Shown here piece after piece: positions 21,387 through 24,000 of a DNA stretch of 24,000 nucleotides. A program made the position numbers and the translations under genes. Each line of letters opens with the position of its first letter. Position 1 is the stretch's first letter. The DNA is from Streptomyces phage Marav: sequence record OQ995441.1; one strand, 5' to 3'. Below the pieces are notes generated by a model. The model did no database searches and was not told the DNA's origin. It saw only the letters and a program-made list of their open reading frames with translations.

Positions 21387-21442
21387 GGCATCATCAGCGA
21401 CCAGGCACCACCCTGGCCGGACCTCCTCCCGGAGGTTTCGCC
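21387..21442 (-). ncRNA. type II hammerhead ribozyme candidate HHR-K
   Basis: GGC-GAAA-CCTCCGGGAGGAGG-TC-CGGCCAGG-GTGGTG-CCTGGTCG-CTGATGA-(T)GCC. Confidence 0.88.
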
Positions 21443-21444
21443 TT

Positions 21445-21458
21445 GCGACACTTACACA
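21445..21458 (-). promoter_or_regulatory. TGTGTAAGTGTCGC motif 2 nt upstream of HHR-K
   Basis: Exact family match. Confidence 0.6.
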
Positions 21459-21635
21459 CTACCGGATGCTGTTGACCTTGTCCAGCGTCTCCGGGTCGTA
21501 CTTCGCGTGCCACCACTCCCAGCACGACTCCGAGCAGAAGTCCTCGTAGGACCGGACCGGGGCGTGGCAGCCGGGGCCCTCGCACTCCTTGTGATCGAGC
21601 AGGACCGAACCCCACTCACCGCGCAGCTCACTCAC
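21459..21635 (-). CDS. small Cys-rich protein (58 aa)
   Basis: GTG 21635 in GTGA overlap: VSELRGEWGSVLLDHKECEGPGCHAPVRSYEDFCSESCWEWWHAKY... Confidence 0.7.
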   Translation of the reverse strand: MSELRGEWGSVLLDHKECEGPGCHAPVRSYEDFCSESCWEWWHAKYDPETLDKVNSIR

Positions 21636-21844
21636 TTCAGACCCTCCGGGGGCATCGGGATGTTGTTCTGGATCATGACCCACTCGCAGGCACCAGCGAA
21701 CCCTTGCTCGCAGTCGTCCTGCTTCGCGTCGGCCCAACCGTCGTTGAAGGTGGCGACCGGGTCGACCGGGGCCGGGGTGAAGCCCAGTGTCAGGGCACAC
21801 CCCACCGCCAAGCCGGCCAGGCCGGCGAGGATCGTGCGCTTCAC
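21632..21844 (-). CDS. small exported/membrane-anchored protein (70 aa)
   Basis: GTG 21844: VKRTILAGLAGLAVGCALTLGFTPAP... signal-like N-terminus. Confidence 0.7.
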   Translation of the reverse strand: MKRTILAGLAGLAVGCALTLGFTPAPVDPVATFNDGWADAKQDDCEQGFAGACEWVMIQNNIPMPPEGLK

Positions 21845-22095
21845 GCCTCGCTCCCCAGCGCCTCGCGGCGGTGGAAGTCCGCGTCCGCCTGACGCTCGGC
21901 CCACACGTCGACCAGGATCATCATCTTGGTGATCGCCTCGTCGGGCGTGGCGGGGACCGTCAGCTCCGTGCCCGCCTGGGTCTCCAGCCAGTTACGGATC
22001 TCCTCGTCTCCCCAGCACTCGACGACCACATCCCAGCCGCCGTCGTTGTAGTGCTCCAGGGCGTACCTCTTGACGTGCTCGACCAGCTCGTCCAT
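21841..22095 (-). CDS. hypothetical protein (84 aa)
   Basis: MDELVEHVKRYALEHYNDGGWDVVVECWGDEEIRNWL...; GGGAGAGG RBS. Confidence 0.75.
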   Translation of the reverse strand: MDELVEHVKRYALEHYNDGGWDVVVECWGDEEIRNWLETQAGTELTVPATPDEAITKMMILVDVWAERQADADFHRREALGSEA

Positions 22096-22120
22096 GCGCC
22101 TCTCCCTTGTTGAGCAGGCT

Positions 22121-22174
22121 GGCTCATCAGCGACCGGGAACCACCCGGCCGGACCGGCTCTCGCCGGTTTCGCC
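22121..22174 (-). ncRNA. type II hammerhead ribozyme candidate HHR-L
   Basis: GGC-GAAA-CCGGC-GAGA-GCCGG-TC-CGGCCGGG-TGGTT-CCCGGTCG-CTGATGA-GCC. Confidence 0.92.
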
Positions 22175-22188
22175 TTGTTGCTGAAGCT

Positions 22189-22217
22189 ACAGTATCACAC
22201 CCGCTTCACTTACACAA
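22189..22217 (-). promoter_or_regulatory. promoter TTGTGT-N17-TACTGT
   Basis: -35 22212-22217, -10 22189-22194; upstream of HHR-L. Confidence 0.75.
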
Positions 22218-22602
22218 GCGGCAGTGCCATGACCTGGCGGATCTCCATCGTGACACCCCCGAGCGACGTCGCCTGGTGGGCACGGTACGGCTCCCAGGAG
22301 GCGTCACCGATCATGTACTGCGCCTCGCGGGCACCCAGCACCAGGCCCAGGTACAGCTCGGCCATCTCCTCCTCCATCGGCCAGATCTCCGCGCTCCAGT
22401 CGGTCACGCCGGACCCGTCCGTGTGGGTGATCAGGTACGCCTCCTCCACGCGCCAGCCCAGCGGGTACTCGACCAGGTACTGCGGGTACCCGAACCGCGA
22501 CGCGCAGCCGAAGCAGAGGCTCACGCGACGGCCACCGGCCGTGTCGTAGTAGTGCGTCGCCGCGACGGCGAAGTGATCCGGGTCGTACGTGCATTCGATC
22601 AT
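22210..22602 (-). CDS. hypothetical protein (130 aa)
   Basis: MIECTYDPDHFAVAATHYYDTAGGRRVSLCFGCASRFGYPQYL...; GGAAGGGGAG RBS. Confidence 0.75.
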   Translation of the reverse strand: MIECTYDPDHFAVAATHYYDTAGGRRVSLCFGCASRFGYPQYLVEYPLGWRVEEAYLITHTDGSGVTDWSAEIWPMEEEMAELYLGLVLGAREAQYMIGDASWEPYRAHQATSLGGVTMEIRQVMALPLV

Positions 22603-22630
22603 GGGACTCCCCTTCCAGGGTGAGCAGGCT

Positions 22631-22687
22631 GGCTCATCAGCGACCAGGAACCACCTGGCCGGACCCTCCTTTCAGGAGGGTTTCGCC
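22631..22687 (-). ncRNA. type II hammerhead ribozyme candidate HHR-M1
   Basis: GGC-GAAA-CCCTCC-TGAA-AGGAGGG-TC-CGGCCAGG-TGGTT-CCTGGTCG-CTGATGA-GCC. Confidence 0.92.
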
Positions 22688-22697
22688 TTGTTGGGCA

Positions 22698-22756
22698 GGC
22701 TCATCAGCGCCGGGCTGCCCAGGTCCCGACGAACCGCCCTTGCGGGCGGTTTCGCC
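22698..22756 (-). ncRNA. type II hammerhead ribozyme candidate HHR-M2 (tandem with M1)
   Basis: GGC-GAAA-CCGCCC-GCAA-GGGCGG-TT-CGTCGGG...CCCGGCG-CTGATGA-GCC; GUU cleavage triplet. Confidence 0.85.
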
Positions 22757-22758
22757 TT

Positions 22759-22772
22759 GCGACACTTACACA
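22759..22772 (-). promoter_or_regulatory. TGTGTAAGTGTCGC motif 2 nt upstream of HHR-M2
   Basis: Exact family match. Confidence 0.6.
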
Positions 22773-22931
22773 CTACGCGCTGCGCAGGGCCTCGCGCAAC
22801 TTCGCGTCCGACTGGAGTGCGTAGTGGAAGCGGAGCGCCTTGAGATCGTTCCGGCGCAGGCGCTGGTTCCAGCGGGCGAGCCTGCGGCTGATCTCGATCG
22901 AGCGGGGGGTCTTGTCGAGGCTGACTGCCAT
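22773..22931 (-). CDS. small basic protein (52 aa)
   Basis: Own translation: MAVSLDKTPRSIEISRRLARWNQRLRRNDLKALRFHYALQSDAKLREALRSA*; GGAGG RBS and promoter upstream. Confidence 0.75.
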   Translation of the reverse strand: MAVSLDKTPRSIEISRRLARWNQRLRRNDLKALRFHYALQSDAKLREALRSA

Positions 22932-22958
22932 GTTGTCCTCCGTGGTTGCGATGTCGCT

Positions 22959-22987
22959 ACAGTATCACACCTTGCGGTGTCGGTCAA
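22959..22987 (-). promoter_or_regulatory. promoter TTGACC-N17-TACTGT
   Basis: -35 22982-22987, -10 22959-22964, 17-nt spacer. Confidence 0.82.
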
Positions 22988-23546
22988 CCCGCATCGGCGG
23001 GGACCTGGTGACTCCAGGGGGCCATGACGCCCGTGTCACCGCGTCCCTTGCGGGTCGGTGTCTGGAGCCTCTGCGGGAGCCTTGCGGCTCCCCCCGCCCC
23101 TTGCGGGCGGGTCTTGCGTGCGCCGTTCTGGTCCGGTGGCGCTTACCGGGGCCACCCCCCTACCGGCTCTTGCCTTCCGTTTCCCGGCCCTTGCGGTCCG
23201 TTCCGTTTCCGGCCCTCATTGCGAGTAGAGGGGTGGCCTCGTCCGATCCCTACTCAGTCTGCCGACACTCCTGACGGTGCTGGTGGACGCCCACCAACGG
23301 TGCCAGGAACTCCGCCTCAACAGACCTTCCAAGAGCGGATGTACCCAAGAGGTTCGCCGTCGTCCGGGTAGCTGCCCACCGTCGCGGGAGAGGGTCGTCC
23401 CCTCCTGGGTTGCGCTTTCCCGGAGCCCTGCTGTGCTCCGATACCCACCACACCACTCCGAGGAGCGGCTGCGACGTCCCTTGCGGGGGCCGGTGGGCCA
23501 CGTTCCAAGTCCAGTGCGCTTGGCCCTTCGGCCTTGCGCTGTAGCG

Positions 23547-23576
23547 ACAGTATCACAGTCGCTGCGGGTTGTGCAA
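23547..23576 (-). promoter_or_regulatory. promoter TTGCAC-N18-TACTGT
   Basis: GTTGCACAACCCGCAGCGACTGTGATACTGTCGC; no convincing ORF immediately downstream. Confidence 0.65.
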
Positions 23577-23703
23577 CTTGCGTTTCGCTGGCCTGACTCC
23601 CGTGTGCCAGGTTCCCCCCTACGCGGCGTGCGATCATCGGGGATCAGGTCTGGCGGGTGTCGTGCTGGCCTTGCGGCTCCGACTGTACCCGAAGGTTGGC
23701 CGG

Positions 23704-23717
23704 TGTGCAAGTGTCGC
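23704..23717 (+). promoter_or_regulatory. TGTGCAAGTGTCGC motif
   Basis: Exact family match in a region without clear genes. Confidence 0.45.
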
Positions 23718-24000
23718 GCTGGTCTGCCTTGCGGCGTCCCGTCGTGGCGACAGACAGAACCTTGCACCACTTGCACAGCCGATGTCAAGCCGTGCAGGTC
23801 AGGGCATGTTTCCGGGCCCGCTGGCGGGCCGCTGGCGGCCGTTCGGGCAAGGGTCGGGCTCTTGGGTCCAAAGGCAGCCGAGCGCGCGCGAGAGTAGCGC
23901 TCAGCCGCTCGCCTGTCCAGTGTGGGCCGCGTCACGTTGACAGATGCCAGGGGGGTGGGGTATGACCCCGTGCGCGCGTGGTTGCCGACCGCCACGTCTT

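Noticed and set aside
13896-22756. CRISPR array
   Set aside because: Repeats are separated by genes of variable length, with internal compensatory variation and no spacers or cas genes.
13876-22770. Intergenic repeats considered as MITEs, REP elements or a mobile insertion family
   Set aside because: They are not near-identical copies, lack terminal inverted repeats and target duplications, and conserve only the hammerhead core plus pairing.
23216-23995. 259-aa - strand ORF and 206-aa + strand ORF at the right end
   Set aside because: Overlapping, compositionally biased frames with no recognisable domain; they cross a promoter-like signal and repeated hairpins.
1-24000. tRNA genes
   Set aside because: No convincing cloverleaf or T-loop (GGTTCRANYC) was found by eye; tRNAscan-SE would be needed to exclude them.

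Overview
This 24 kb window looks like part of a high-GC actinobacteriophage genome, probably a Streptomyces phage (inferred from gene types, GC content and codon usage; no database search was possible). Genes on the + strand (about 0-11 kb) encode replication, nucleotide-metabolism and integration functions: dCMP deaminase, DnaB/RecA-like ATPase, nuclease/resolvase-like protein, a primase split into zinc-finger and TOPRIM genes, metallophosphoesterase, a possible split sigma factor, a class II (B12-dependent) ribonucleotide reductase, a divergent GntR-like regulator and a large serine integrase. Genes on the - strand (about 11-23 kb) are mostly short ORFs of unknown function plus thyX and a dNMP-kinase-like gene. 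The main discovery candidate is a set of 13 short repeats between 13.9 and 22.8 kb, all on the - (coding) strand in gene leaders or between genes. Read as RNA, each matches a type II (open stem II) hammerhead ribozyme: stem II 3' strand - GAAA - stem III - GUC/GUU - stem I - CUGAYGA - stem II 5' strand. Compensatory changes occur in stems I, II and III. Seven follow a promoter-like motif (TGTGNNASTGTCGC family or TTG-N17/18-TACTGT), often by only 1-14 nt. Four lie directly after an upstream stop codon, and two are in tandem. This suggests ribozyme-based separation of cistrons or tailoring of mRNA 5' ends in the phage. Other structured signals include about 16 copies of the promoter motif, a phased operator array shared with the integrase promoter, and repeated CCTTGCGG stem-loops near the right end.
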